DNA of 64,000 bases from Camelus dromedarius (taxonomy: Eukaryota), in assembly GCF_036321535.1 (NCBI RefSeq), contig NC_087472.1, positions 97,280,001 to 97,344,000 on the forward strand, read 5' to 3'. The position numbers were made by a program, and so were the translations under genes. The notes below the pieces were generated by a model. The model was given only the letters and a program-made list of their open reading frames with translations. It was not told where the DNA came from and made no database searches. Below, piece after piece: positions 37,768 to 50,259 of the stretch (positions within the stretch are counted from its first letter, which is position 1; each line of letters begins with the position of its first letter).

Positions 37768-38290
37768 TGTATATTGATCAGGATCTCAGCAGGAAACAGG
37801 TGACATGCCCCGAGGAGTAACTGAAGAGTTTTTGTGGATTTTTTTTTTAATGAAGGGACTATATACAGAGGGATAGGCAGGGTTAAAGGAAACAACATGG
37901 GGTAGTCAAATACTCAGTGTTGGTAACAGCAAGAAACCATTGGTACCCCTAGGTCTGAAAGGGAAAGGGGATGAAGTTGTTACTGGAACCCATTGAGAAC
38001 TGTGACTATGCCTGTGGGCCTCCCTGACAGGGTCTTTGATCATAGGTAGATGAATTTGGCCACTATTGAACTGCATCCGAGCAGAGAGGAATCAGGGGGA
38101 TAAACACTCCAAACTTTCTCTGCTGTTCTCTGATCTCCTGCGGGTGCTTCCCACTAGGCAGACTTACCTGGAAGTCAGAGGACAAGGAAGCCTGGTTGAT
38201 AATCCATGAAGGTCAGCATCCTGGGAGACAAAACAGTATGAAGGACTGAGAATGGATCTAGAGGGACAATTGGAAAGGAACTTGCACTCT
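37768..38290 (-). mobile_element. ERVL LTR (LTR33-like)
   Basis: tgtatattgatcaggatctcagcaggaaacaggtgaca...ttaatgaagggactatatacagagggataggcagggttaaaggaaacaac...aatggatctagagggaca. Confidence 0.65.
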
Positions 38291-38564
38291 CATTATCTCC
38301 CTGAACATGACCTTCACGGAATCCAAAAGCAAATAATAGCACTTTTGTAGACAAGTTCAGGTTCTAGGCATCATATTGTGTTGCCATCACCTGGAGTGCT
38401 GTTCTTATTTACACAAATACTATTGTCTCATCAGTTCTAGATCCTTGTTTCAGCCTGGGAGAAAAGGAAAGAGGAACCAAGGCACATAGTTTTGTGTTTA
38501 ATGGAATTATCAAGGTGTTGTACACATCATTCCTGTTCACAGTCTATTGCCATGAAATAATTCA

Positions 38565-39075
38565 CGTTCATTTATTCAACACATATTTATTGAATGCCTA
38601 TTGCATGCCAGGCACTCTAGGCACTTGATATATCAGAGAACAAAACAAGAGATCCTTGTCCTTGTGGAGTTTCCATTCTAGTAGGGGAGGCAGACAACAA
38701 ATAATAATAAATTAGTGAACCATTTAAGGAGGTGATAAGTGCTATGGAAAGAATTAAAATTCGAACAGGGGTAAGAAGAAGTGAGAATATTGGGTAAGAA
38801 GCATTACAATTTTAAATAAGGTAGTCAGGCCTCTTAGAGAGGTAAGAGGGGCCCAGATCAAATACAGTTTTGTAGGGTATTGCAAGCATTTTGTCTCTTA
38901 CTCTAAGTGAAATGGGAAGTCATTACAGGTTTTGAGAATGAGAATGAATGATCTGATGTATTTTTAAAAAATTATGTTGGGTGCTCTATAGACTATAGAG
39001 GATGACAGTACAAACAGAGTCCTGTTAGGAGGCTGTTGGCAATAATCCAGGTGAGAGATGATATTAGCTAGAACT
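38565..39075 (-). mobile_element. L2a 3' fragment
   Basis: ttcatttattcaacacatatttattgaatgcctattgcatgccaggcact...gcaataatccaggtgagagatg. Confidence 0.8.
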
Positions 39076-39149
39076 GTACCTCTTTGGGCTTCATACCCCT
39101 TTTCAAATCTCTGCAATGGCTTCCCATTCACTCAGGGTAAAAGGCAAGG

Positions 39150-41520
39150 TATGGTAAATATGTGGGTATAGAACAATGTGGTATAAAACCACAGTGATGT
39201 CTAATTTATGGGATTAAAATCAAAGTAGAATGATCATACTGGAAAATATTAGCAAATTTTGTGGGGAGTATGGTTGGAGATTGAACATTTTAGAATCTTT
39301 GCATTGTCCGGGAATAAAGGATATTGTAGTAATTATTTCACAATGTATATGTGTATCAAAACATCACATTGTACACATTAAATATGTCCAATTTTTGTCA
39401 ATTATACCTCAGTAAAACTGGAAAAAAAATTTGAAAGGAGATTGATTAACTTTGGAAGATTTAGTATGTGTGCTATATTATCCAGAATGACCACTGAATG
39501 AATAGACAGTCTATTTTTCCAAGAAGTAGAAAGAAAAAAAAAATGTAAGAAAAAGGCACCGTAATCAGTTTTTAAGAAGAAAGGGCAAAGTGGGTAGGGA
39601 GGAACTAGAAAAGCAGGAAAAATAGCCAGGACAACATAAAATTTTGAAATCCAAATGTGCCTATATACCTGTATCACATTTTATGTAAATGGACTAATCT
39701 TTCCAGTTTAAAGAGTAAGACTGAATTTTAGAAAATCATCCAGGTAAATTATGTTATGAGAATCATATCTAACTCAAAACAAAATACAGATTCTTGAAAG
39801 TAAAATGGTGGAAAAACATACACCATTCAAATACCAACCACAGGAAAACTGATTTGGCTCTCAGAATATTGGCCAAAATAGATTTTAAGATAAAAATTAT
39901 TACTAGATATGAATAAATTCACTACATATTAATAGAAGGGTGAGCTCAACAGGGAAAATACAGCTTATTTTTACTTGTATGCTGCTAATAGCATAGCTTT
40001 AAATATATAAAGAAATAGGTCAACAAATAATTCTTTTAATACTTCATCAATTAAGCAGAAGAACAAATTATATTGCAGACTGAAGAATATATATTGCTTT
40101 CTTAGCAAATATATGTGAATTGAACTCATATTAGACTATTAAAAATGTATCACCAAATGTTAATGAATCAATGTCTCATTGACCACACTGTCCTATCACA
40201 TTAACTTGCAAAACAACTATATTTTTACATTTAATAGCACCTTTAAATTGCTTGAGTATCAAAGGAACCATAATAGATATAAAATAAAAACAAAAACATA
40301 ATTATAATGCTATATATCAAAATTTGTGTCATGTAGCTAAAGTAATAGAGGGACATTTATAACCTTAAATATGTGTAGTAGATGAGAAAAAATGAAATGG
40401 TTTAAGCCTCTAACTTAAGATGTTAGTAAAGGAATAAGACTAAGCTCAAAGAATGCAGGAAGAAAATAAATACAAGAAGTAGAATTAAATAGGAAAAAAA
40501 TATATAGTAGCCAAAAGTCCTGTATTGTATTTTTGAAAAGAGTAACAACATTTACAAGCCTCTGACAAGACTGATGAAGAAAGAGAGATAGGACACAAAT
40601 AAGCAATAAATTGAATACTGTAAATAACAATAAATGCCAGGAAGTTTGACAACATATGTGAAATAGACAAATTGCTAAAAAAAATTTCCAAAACTGAGTC
40701 AGAAACACATCAGTGGTCCTATAACCATTAAAAAAATTTTGAATCATTAAATGTAAAAATTCTTACTGCAAAGAAAACACAAAGCCCAGATGATCTACTA
40801 AATACTGTAGGACCTGATAAATCTAATCTTTCACAGATTTCCCCCAAATTCTTCAACTCATTTTACGTAACAGGTATAACCTGACTATCCATACTAAATA
40901 AGGAATGTATAAGAAAGGAAAAATACAGGGCAAATTTACTCATGAATATGGATGTGAAAACCGTAAATAAGTTATTAGCAAATGAAACCAACAATGTACA
41001 ATATTCATAATATGTCATGACTAAGTTGGGTTATTTTAGGAATGCAAGGTTGTCAACATTGGAAGCATCTAATAATGCAATTCACCACATTAACACATAA
41101 AAGATGAAAAAAAGATCACCTCAGTAGATGCAGGAAATAGACTTAATAAAATTCGACAATTCAAGATAAAAAACACTCTTAACAAAATAGATCTCGAAGG
41201 GAATTTCCTAACTCAATAAAGGCTGGTATAAAATAGCAAGAGCTTGCTTAGTCATGATGTGTTGTCCAGACAAAACTGCCCTTTCTCATTCAGTATTGTA
41301 ATGGGGGTCCTAGGCCATCCATTTGAGACATCTAAGGCAAAAGAAGATAAAAAGATTATAACTGAAGAAACACAGTTACCATTCTCAGATGAAGCAATTT
41401 CCTACACAGAAAGAACAAACGAGAACCTACAGACACACTTTTGAAATAAACAAGGATGTTTAGCAGGGAGACAACTGCATTTAGATGCACTGCAACAAAC
41501 AGAAAATAAAATAATACGAA
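39150..41520 (+). mobile_element. Old L1M ORF2 remnant
   Basis: atgtaaatggactaatctttccagtttaaag, cacaaagcccagatga, tttactcatgaatatggatgtgaaaaccgtaaataag and catgactaagttgggttattttaggaatgcaaggttg. Confidence 0.75.
39327..39433 (+). mobile_element. ~107-bp 5'-truncated L1 (L1MB-like) 3' stub
   Basis: catcacattgtacacattaaatatgtccaatttttgtcaattatacctcagtaaaactggaaaaaaaa. TSD is aaaggatattg (39316-39326) / aaaggagattg (39434-39444). Confidence 0.7.
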
Positions 41521-44500
41521 AGAAAAGATAGCAAGTTTCAAGTTTTCACACTTAGTGAAGGAGCACAGGTACCTAGCTTTCTACCCCAAACTTAGACCTA
41601 CACAAACTATAGAAAAGAAAGCCAGGCATGGATTAGTGACTAACATAAAATCTGTGGGCATTCCCAGGGGAGTCTGAAGGCTGTTGGTTGAGTGGTGGTA
41701 GGCTGGAGCCAGGGTCAGCAGATGGAGTGGTGGAACGATACTTGGGGTAGAGGGACAGCTTTCAAGTTCACTTTTTGCCTCCCTCACATTGCCTGGAGAA
41801 GATTATTTGCTTGTTGTACCTCCCCTGAGACAAAAATCAGCAGTGATTGTTCAGGTGTGACCTTTGTATGAAAGTATTATGGCAGAACCACAGCCCTGCT
41901 GGAGGATGAGGAACAGATGAATGTAATTGCGATTTTCAGCATCTCTTGGGGGAAAGCCACTCTTCTGCCAACCCATAGGGCTATGCACTGGTTCTTCAGA
42001 GTGTTTATAGGAGACCCATTGAGCCCGGCGGAGAGGCAGCAACGGTGGTAGAGACAGAGGAAGAGTGGGTAGATGGCAGTGAATTAACTTGCCTCTCCCT
42101 TGGAATCTTTCCTTATGGAATTACTTTTGGGTACATGTTGGACCTTTGAATTATACTCTCCCAGTCTTTTAACCTCTATAGAATATTGTCTATTTCTTTC
42201 TCTCTCTCTCTCTGTATGTATATACATATGTATGTATATCTGTATCTATATATTGCTCTGTGGCTTATTTTTCTATTTTCTCTCTTTTTCCTTTTTTAAA
42301 AAAATGCTGTCTACCCTTCCTTTGATTACTTTCAGTAACTATTTTTTAATTTTTATTTTTGGAAGTTCTAATTAGTTCTTTTCCAAATGTGCCTTTTTGT
42401 TATAATATCTATTTTCTATGGCTTTAAAAATTTGTGAATCGATCATTTTAAATATACATATACTTAAAATTTTCTCTCTCATTGCTAATCTGTTATCTCA
42501 AGTTACTGGGTTTTACTTTCTCTGTCGTGTGTTACTGCTAATTCTCACTAATGGTGATTGTTTCCAATTTTTGTAACTTTGGATTGTAAATTCATATTTA
42601 GTGGGATTTTGTCTTTTTTTTTCCCCTCCTTCTGTAGAATTCTGTGATGCCTGGGTGATGGAAACATTCCTCCAAAGTAGTTTTGCCTTTGTTTTTGCCA
42701 GAAGTCCTGGTATATCACAATCGTAGGACCAATGTTTATTGTTAATTTCTTAATTTGAGGGTTTCTAGCTAGTGCAGGTTGTAAAAACTAGTACTTAAAC
42801 CTTCATGAGATTGCAGAGCTCAGGCAGAGGGAGCTTCCTCTTTAACCTTCTTTACGGGTATGCATATGTTTTCTTGTAGATCCTTTCACTGGGAGTGTAG
42901 TCCTTCCACGTTCCTGGATTTCTGTGAGTCTCAGTTCCATGTTGATTTTCATAGAGGTTAGGTCTTACCTCCTTTTCTCTACATGGACGTTAAAATCCAG
43001 TCTCCTTCATTACTGGGGCTAACAATCACCACTACTTCCATTTGGTTCCATTTTAGATACACAAAAAATATTTTTCAGATGATGAATGAATTATGGTTGA
43101 TACAGAGCAGCATAGAAAGCAAGGCCAAGATATTATGGGGAAAAATTTATCTCTTGGGTCTCTCAATCATATGTCATAGTTTCTCATTCAGTAAACATGG
43201 ATTATCCCTGAAGTGTATTTTTTATTCTGGGAACAGGGTGTCTTGGGACAATATCTTTAATCGTATATCCAGAGTTTGAGTACCACACAGATACGCTAAA
43301 TATAATACTCATTATGATCATAGTTCACTAAGCAGAGAAATGGTTTATTTTCTTGATAAATCCAAGTGTTCTAAAGCTCTTGTCTAAAAGGTAAAATGGT
43401 TTGAGTGATGAGAAAATTACATAGTTGAATTATTCCAAGGTAATTCAAATACAGTAAGAAAAAGAATTGTGTGTGTGGGTGTGACTGTGTGTATCTAGGT
43501 AATGCAGCCCAACTTTGACACACTACTCTGTATGAGTATATTAGAATTTTGATTGCTCAACTGATTAAAAAAAACATACAGTTACAAAATTTCAGTAATA
43601 CAGATGGAAATTTTATTTGGGTTCTTTTTTATTTTTCAGATAAAATCTATGCCTTTAATAGTATTACTGCTACTAAAAACACATCCTATGGCATTTAATT
43701 CTTATTAAATATTGTATGTATGTTTTTAAAAATGTTTCTCTAGTCCAACATTGTATATTGTTTTAGAACTAAATTATCTATACTGCATTTTAATGGTCAA
43801 AATATGGGATGACACTCCATTTCACCAGTTCTTTTCTTTCCTGTTATGTTTTTTACCTTTTATCTTTTTGAGTCTACATATTTACACTATTATTATGTCT
43901 GTAAACACAATTTTAAGTTATCTAAAGCTAGAACATGGAGCATTAAACATTATATTGCAATTATCCCAAGTTTCGGACTACATGTGGAAAAAAGAAGTTA
44001 ATATCCAATTAAAATGGCATTTATTTTTGTAATATACTTTGTTAAATCATTTTGAAAATTTTAAAATTTGACTTTATTATAAATAACCCTTAGGTAAAAC
44101 ACACAGGCATATCACAGTCTTCATTATTTATGAGGTATTTATGTGTCTAGGAAAGCAACCATGCTAAAATAATATAGTTTGAGTCTGTGGTGAGTTCTAG
44201 ATTAAATGATGCTTGGATTGCTGCCAATATGTAGATTTTTATCAAATTTATATCCTCATTTATATTTATCTCTCAAATGACTATATATTAGATCAGTAAG
44301 CAGCCTTTGTATGGCTACAGTTGTGATTCTGAATAATTTCAGAAAGCTGTCCTGAATCGGTTGGGAACAATGCTGTAGAAAGAATATCACGATATAACAA
44401 ACATGGACATCGATATGTGTGTTCCATTAGCGTGTTTAGAAGTGACAGGGTTCTAGAAACCAGAAAGAATATATAAAACGATTTCTGTTTTTTTACGTAT

Positions 44501-46092
44501 GTGGGTGTTGGATGGGGAAAGGGGACTGAGAGTATCCTCACCAGTTAGGAATCACTTATTTAGTGGGCCAGGGGTATGATGACTTGAAGACTGTGTGTTT
44601 GCAACCTCTGAATCAGAATGGCTTGTTGATGTAGTTATTTTAGGGCTTGCCGTTTATTCATGGGCTTTGTGGATTTTGCTTATAGATCTCTGAGATAAGT
44701 GAGATGAGACCCCTAAATGATACCATCAGTCTAATGGCAGCTATTTACTTTGATCCTAAATGGGAAATAACTTGTGGCTGGGGGGAGTAGTCCAACTGAG
44801 AATTTTTAGTAAATCAGTGTAGACTTTCCTTTCCAAATTAGGCCAACACATTTTATTCTACCATTAAAAAAAATCATAAAAAATGATTGCCTTAATAATA
44901 GCTAGGGTTTGCTCCTCTGTGAACCGAGGGTTTTACGTTGGATGCTTGTTGGTTGGTTGGTTGTTGGATAAAAGAGCAATGTGAGTATTTTTCACTCTTT
45001 GCAATATTGTGAATGTAAAAGCAAACACGAGTGAGCAATCACTCTCATGGTTGTTATTTATGCCCTAGTAAAGAACAATTATAACCCAAGAACTAGCAAC
45101 CAATTAGCAATTCTTTATTAGGGCACTGTGTCCATTTCTTCTTTTACTAAATCAAGCCATTGATGCCCAAGAGAAAAGAATGAAGTATTTAAGTCTTACC
45201 TTTCAGGGACGAGGTCCAGAATTATTTAGCTTTTCAAGTACTGATGCCTATAAACAGGATTTATTTATCCCTATTTAGGTCATTGACCTATGATAGTTTG
45301 AAAGTTCCATACATGCTAGTATTTGTAACTTACAGACTGTCCCTCATCCCATATCTGTCATTTTTGAAAGCAGAGTTGAAATTTTTAATAAAAATTAACT
45401 AGACAAATTAGAAAATAAATGAAGATAAAAGTCAGAAAAATTCAAGGTAATTGTAAAGAATAAGAACTAGAGGTCACTGTGATTCTTGTTTATAATGGGC
45501 TGCCTTTAGGATAACGTAGTTTTTGTAAAATTTTATACAAAGAGTTTTCCCTCATTAAAATACACTGTACTTTAAAAGAGAAATCAAATTCAATACATTT
45601 CAAAAAAAATCTAAATGCTAGCTCATTTTCTTTTAAAATTTCAAACTTTTTAACTTAGAAAACACTTTGCTTAAAGGAAATTTTATCTTTGCTATAGCTG
45701 TTTCAGAACAGCTTCATGGAGGTATGAAACATAAATTTGAGCTGTAATAAACATATGGCATTTAGCAGACAATTGGCTTTTCAACCTTAACCATAGCAGT
45801 GTCTTCCATACATGGCATTATATTTTATTAACATAATTTAAGTAGAGGTGTTCTGGGTTATCATTTAAACAGATTAAATTTCCCACCTAATCTGCATGTA
45901 ACTAAATGCACATTTACTTACATAATAGCTTTTGGTCAGTTTTTATGGTGGTCCTTCAGCCAGAAAATAGGGCAGCAGCTTTTCATGTGTACTTGTAGAG
46001 GAATACACATATAAATGCTACTTCACAAACCATCGGGCTAGTGTCCAGACTCCTGGCTCACTCTGCAGCGTGAGGCTCTTCAGACCAGCTCT

Positions 46093-46154
46093 CAGGAAGC
46101 CCTGCTGATTGGTTGATGTTCTCCCAGAAACCTGCACCAGCCCTCCCTCCCTCC
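46093..46154 (-). promoter_or_regulatory. Candidate TATA-less promoter (CCAAT box, GA/GC box, ETS site)
   Basis: NF-Y consensus CTGATTGGTT at 46105-46114, GGAGGGAGGGAGGGC (- strand) at 46140-46154 and CAGGAAG at 46093-46099, in sequence with no repeat I recognise. Motif evidence only. Confidence 0.35.
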
Positions 46155-46929
46155 GATCAGCTGCTTCAGATTACAAGGAATTGGTAGTTTTATTTTCAGA
46201 AAGGTGTTTGAACTGAAAAAATTGCAATCAGAACTGTTCCCCCACAATGAGCAAAAGCAGAATTTTAAGAGTGTGCATAGTCATTCAAATTGAGGACTAC
46301 ATCCTGTAACCTTTTTCAGCCGGACTAAATTAAATATGTAACATCCCCAGGAGCAATTTTTAAGAAGAGCACTTGGCTTTACCTTGACTACTGAATCATT
46401 AAAACACATGTGGAAACATTCCATATTACTTTGATCCAACCCTTTGGCAGTAAGTGGCCACCTCCTTGCAACTTACATTGAAGTCTTTTTCTCAAAAATA
46501 ATTTACTCCCACCTGGTCTGCCTTTAGGCATTTTCCCATGTGTTCAAAAACACTGACATGTGTCCCTGAATTTATATAAGATCCATATTTTTTTCTCTTG
46601 AGTCTGCTTCTAATTTCTTAATCTCTTATCTGCAAACTAAGTGCTAACGACTTGAAAACTCAAGTTCTGTGGATTTAAAGAGGAGAATATAAGCTGTTTG
46701 CCCTTTAATTAATGAACTTTTAAATATCCCTCCTTTGTTACTTAAATGAGCAAAGAATAAAAATGGCACAGTTTTCATTAGTCCTGGCTTAGAGGAAAAC
46801 TAGTTGCTGATAGTCTTTCCTTTCTAGAAATCTTCCTTGTTGCTTAGAGACCAGTATAAAATTCTGTATTACATAAGTATTTCTAAACATACACTCCTCA
46901 AAATGAATGAAGCATTCACATAAAAACTA

Positions 46930-47040
46930 GACTATTAGATCAATGTAACGTTATGAATGTAGTACATCTGAATTTCAGCAGGGCCTTTGATAAAGCCTCT
47001 GATGATAGCCACTTTATTTAGATGGTGTGAAATATGGCCT
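46930..47040 (+). mobile_element. CR1/L3 reverse-transcriptase fragment
   Basis: 46959-47006 translates to VVHLNFSRAFDKASDD, cf. the CR1 RT motif VIYLDFSKAFDKVPHD. Confidence 0.7.
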
Positions 47041-47340
47041 ATCACCAAAGACAGCAAAAATGTATTGGACCTCTTGGTGTCTTTGAACCACCTGTTCCTT
47101 GTCTAGGTTATTGAGAGTTTGATCCTCTAAAAGTCTCTTGTCTCCTCCCCCAACTCCTCCTTGTTCTTCTTTTTGCTAGATTCTCGTTGTCCTAAGTTAT
47201 TACAAACAAAAAATTAAAAGGGGTATTGCAAATAAAAATGAGCATTACTGAACTGTTGGACAGCTTAGGAGAAGATATGAAGACCGAAGCAGAGAGGAAA
47301 AAGATGAAATGTAAAGTTAAGAATGTAAGAGGCTTATAGG

Positions 47341-47830
47341 TGTGAAAGAAAAATACTGCAAACCATGTCAGTAAACAAAGAATGCTGAAGCCATCAAGTC
47401 ATCAGCCGCTGCCGCCACCCCCCAGTGAGCTCTGGGTGCAGACAAGCCTGCAGCCCAGCCCCAGCAGCCTGAGGGGACTCAGAATAAGAAAGGAAAGGAT
47501 ACTGGCCCTAGATAGCTAAGTGCTTGTCAGAGGAATGAATTCAATGAGCCCAAATGTTTGCTTCCTCCCGTACAAAGAAAAGCGCTAAATTCTTTAACTT
47601 GAGATATCTGATTTTCTCCAGTTAACAAGTGATCTTTTAATGTTCCCACTACTGGTCTTTGTTGTAAAGCTCCTGTATATCCTAGCTCCTCCCCTACGTC
47701 TTCAGAGCAGTCCTTCAGAGCGATCTGAGAGGCTGTCATCCTGGGTTCCGAGGGGTTCAAGTCCTCAGAAGTGTCTGCCAAATAAAACATAAATGCACAG
47801 CCTAAACGTTGAGAGTTATTTCAGTTGACA
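47341..47830 (+). mobile_element. ERV1-type solo LTR, 490 bp
   Basis: TG...CA termini (tgtgaaag...gttgaca), 4-bp TSD tagg (47337-47340 / 47831-47834), AATAAA at 47781, and several CpGs retained. Confidence 0.88.
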
Positions 47831-47929
47831 TAGGACGTGGTGAGAACTTCTAGCAAAGATATAATTGGAGTCAGAAAAGGTATTATATTTTTAATATAAT
47901 TTTATACAATTAAAATTTATTATTTTGAT

Positions 47930-48965
47930 ATGCCATTTTTATTTTTCAATATTTTAAAATTTAATTTGGTGGAAGAAGTGAGAAGAGGGATTGTCTTTTT
48001 AAAAAAATCATTAGTTTTCCTAATGTCATTTATTATATAATTAACCCTTCCTTCAAGATATTAAAATGCCACCTTTAATATATGTAAAATATTGTATACT
48101 CTGGTCTTTTTGAGCTTTCTATTCTGTTCCCTTGATCCATGTGTATAATCCAGGAATGGCTGGGTTTTAATTTATGTGGTTTTATAATTATAATAATTGA
48201 TAGGACGAAGTCCGTTCCTGTCCTTCCCTATCAAAAGATCCTTGACTTTTAGTGTACATTTATTCTTTGAACTGGTCCTTAAAGTCATTTAGTCAATATT
48301 AAACCATTCTACTGGAAATTTTATCATAATTGTATTAAACTGACAGATTCATTTGGGGAAAATTACGATTTTGAAACAATGAATATTCCTATGGTGTAGC
48401 ATGGTATAACTTTCTATTTATTCAGTATTAATTTATATTCCTGAGTAAAGTTTTGTAACTCCTTTCGTATACATCTCAACATGTTTTTGTTAAGTGTCGT
48501 CCTAAGTTTTGTATATATTTTATTTCTAGGTAGAATTTAATGTTATATTCGTAATATTTTCTTTTCTTGTTTTTTTTGGGGGGGAGGCAATTCAGTTTAT
48601 TTATTTAATATTGTTTTTTTAATGGAGGTACTGGGGATTGAACCCAGGACCTTGTGAATGCTAAGCATGCATGCTACCACTGAGCTGTACCCTCTCCCTC
48701 ATAATATTTTTTAACTGGTTATTACTGGTATATGGGAGAGATTTTTTAAAATAACCTCTAACTTGCCACCCTATTGAATCTCTTAATAATTTTAATTGTT
48801 TTCAGATGACTCTCTTGGAATGTATAGAAAGATAATCATATCATTTGCAACTAATGACTGTCATGTGTCTTTGCAATATTTAAATTCTTTGGTGCTTTTA
48901 CTTATCACATGGCATTTTCTAGAGCTTCTGAGACAATATTGAATAAAAATGATAATTCTTAGCCC
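47930..48965 (-). mobile_element. Old L1M ORF2 remnant (antisense), hosting a SINE
   Basis: tttctattctgttcccttgatc, acagattcatttggggaaaattacgattttg and gataatcatatcatttgcaactaatgac. Confidence 0.65.
48561..48698 (-). mobile_element. Vic-1-like tRNA-derived SINE
   Basis: atggaggtactggggattgaacccaggaccttgtgaatgctaagcatgcatgctaccactgagctgtaccctctccc. 12-bp TSD tcgtaatatttt (48549-48560) / tcataatatttt (48699-48710). Confidence 0.92.
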
Positions 48966-48984
48966 TATATTCTTCATAAATTCT

Positions 48985-50210
48985 TTCATTCACTTATTCA
49001 AAAGATTCGTTAAATGCCTACTATATCCTTGTCTATAAGGTTAATGCATTTCCAATAAAAATTCCAACAATATTTTTCATATTGACCAATGACTTCAAAG
49101 GTCATTTCAAAGAATAAATGCACAAGGCCATGAGGGAGCTTGACTGATTAAAACACACAAAATCTTTGCATTTGTGCATACGTTATCGTAGAAGGAACTT
49201 AAATTCTAGCAGAGGGAGACAGTCAACAAATAAGTAAACAGTAAATACAGATTTACGTATTATGGTTATGAAGAAAATATAATTGAGTAATGCAATAGAG
49301 AGAGACTATGGGCTGGGGGGAGGTGCTGTTTTATAATTGGAAAAGACCTTTCAGAGGAGGTAACGTTTGAGATGAGATTTGTAAGAGGAAAAGGCAATCA
49401 TATGAAAATCTGGTGGAAGAGTGTCGCTGGAACGAGAGCAGTAAGTGCAGGGACTCCGAGATAGAAGCAGCATGTCAGGTTGAAGGGTCAGGAAGGTTGG
49501 TGTGGCTGGATGTGGTTGGTGGGTGTGAAAAAGGTAGATTTTGGGGAGTAAGAGTTGAGGTACAGGTGCTCAGTGCCCTTCTCACTGGAGAATTTTAAAC
49601 CACTGAAAGATACAAATTGGGTTTTAAGAATACTCTGGCTGCTGTGTGGACAAACAGTAGAGTATCAAGAGTGGAAATGGGGAGACTACCCAGGCTATAA
49701 GCACTGCTAATACGAAAGATGGTCAGACTCAGCATACATTTTAGTATTAATGCCAGTGAAATGTGCTGATATGATAGATGGCTGGTTATAGTGAATAGGT
49801 GGTAAGTTAAAGTGCACGTATGGAAAGTGCATAGATCTCTGGCCTAAGTAACTGGTTTTACAGTAGCACCACTTGCTGAGAAGGGGGAGGCTTGGGGAAG
49901 AGTGGATATTAAGGGCAAAGGCCCATAGTTCTGTTCTAGAAGTGTTAAGTAGCAAAATGAAACGGTTGAATCATCATGAGAAGGTTATGAATTACCAGCA
50001 TACGGAAAATCTTTAAAGCCATGGAAGTGGATGTCGTCACCTAGGAAGTGTATATAAAGAGCATGAAGAAGTGTTCAAAACAATATTTAGAATTGGAACG
50101 ATAAGGAGAAGCTAGTGAGACAAGAACTAGGAGTGTCAGGCACTGTGTTAGGCACTAAGGATACAGTGGTAGACAAAGCCCCCCACGGCCCTGTCTCAGA
50201 GTGCTTACTG
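48985..50210 (-). mobile_element. L2 LINE fragments
   Basis: tcattcacttattcaaaagattcgttaaatgcctactat, tttcagaggaggtaacgtttgagatgagatttg, tactctggctgctgtgtgga and tttaaagccatggaagtggatg. Confidence 0.7.
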
Positions 50211-50259
50211 ACTAATCTAGTCTATTTCATTTGTACTGATGATGGTAGTGCCGCTCATA

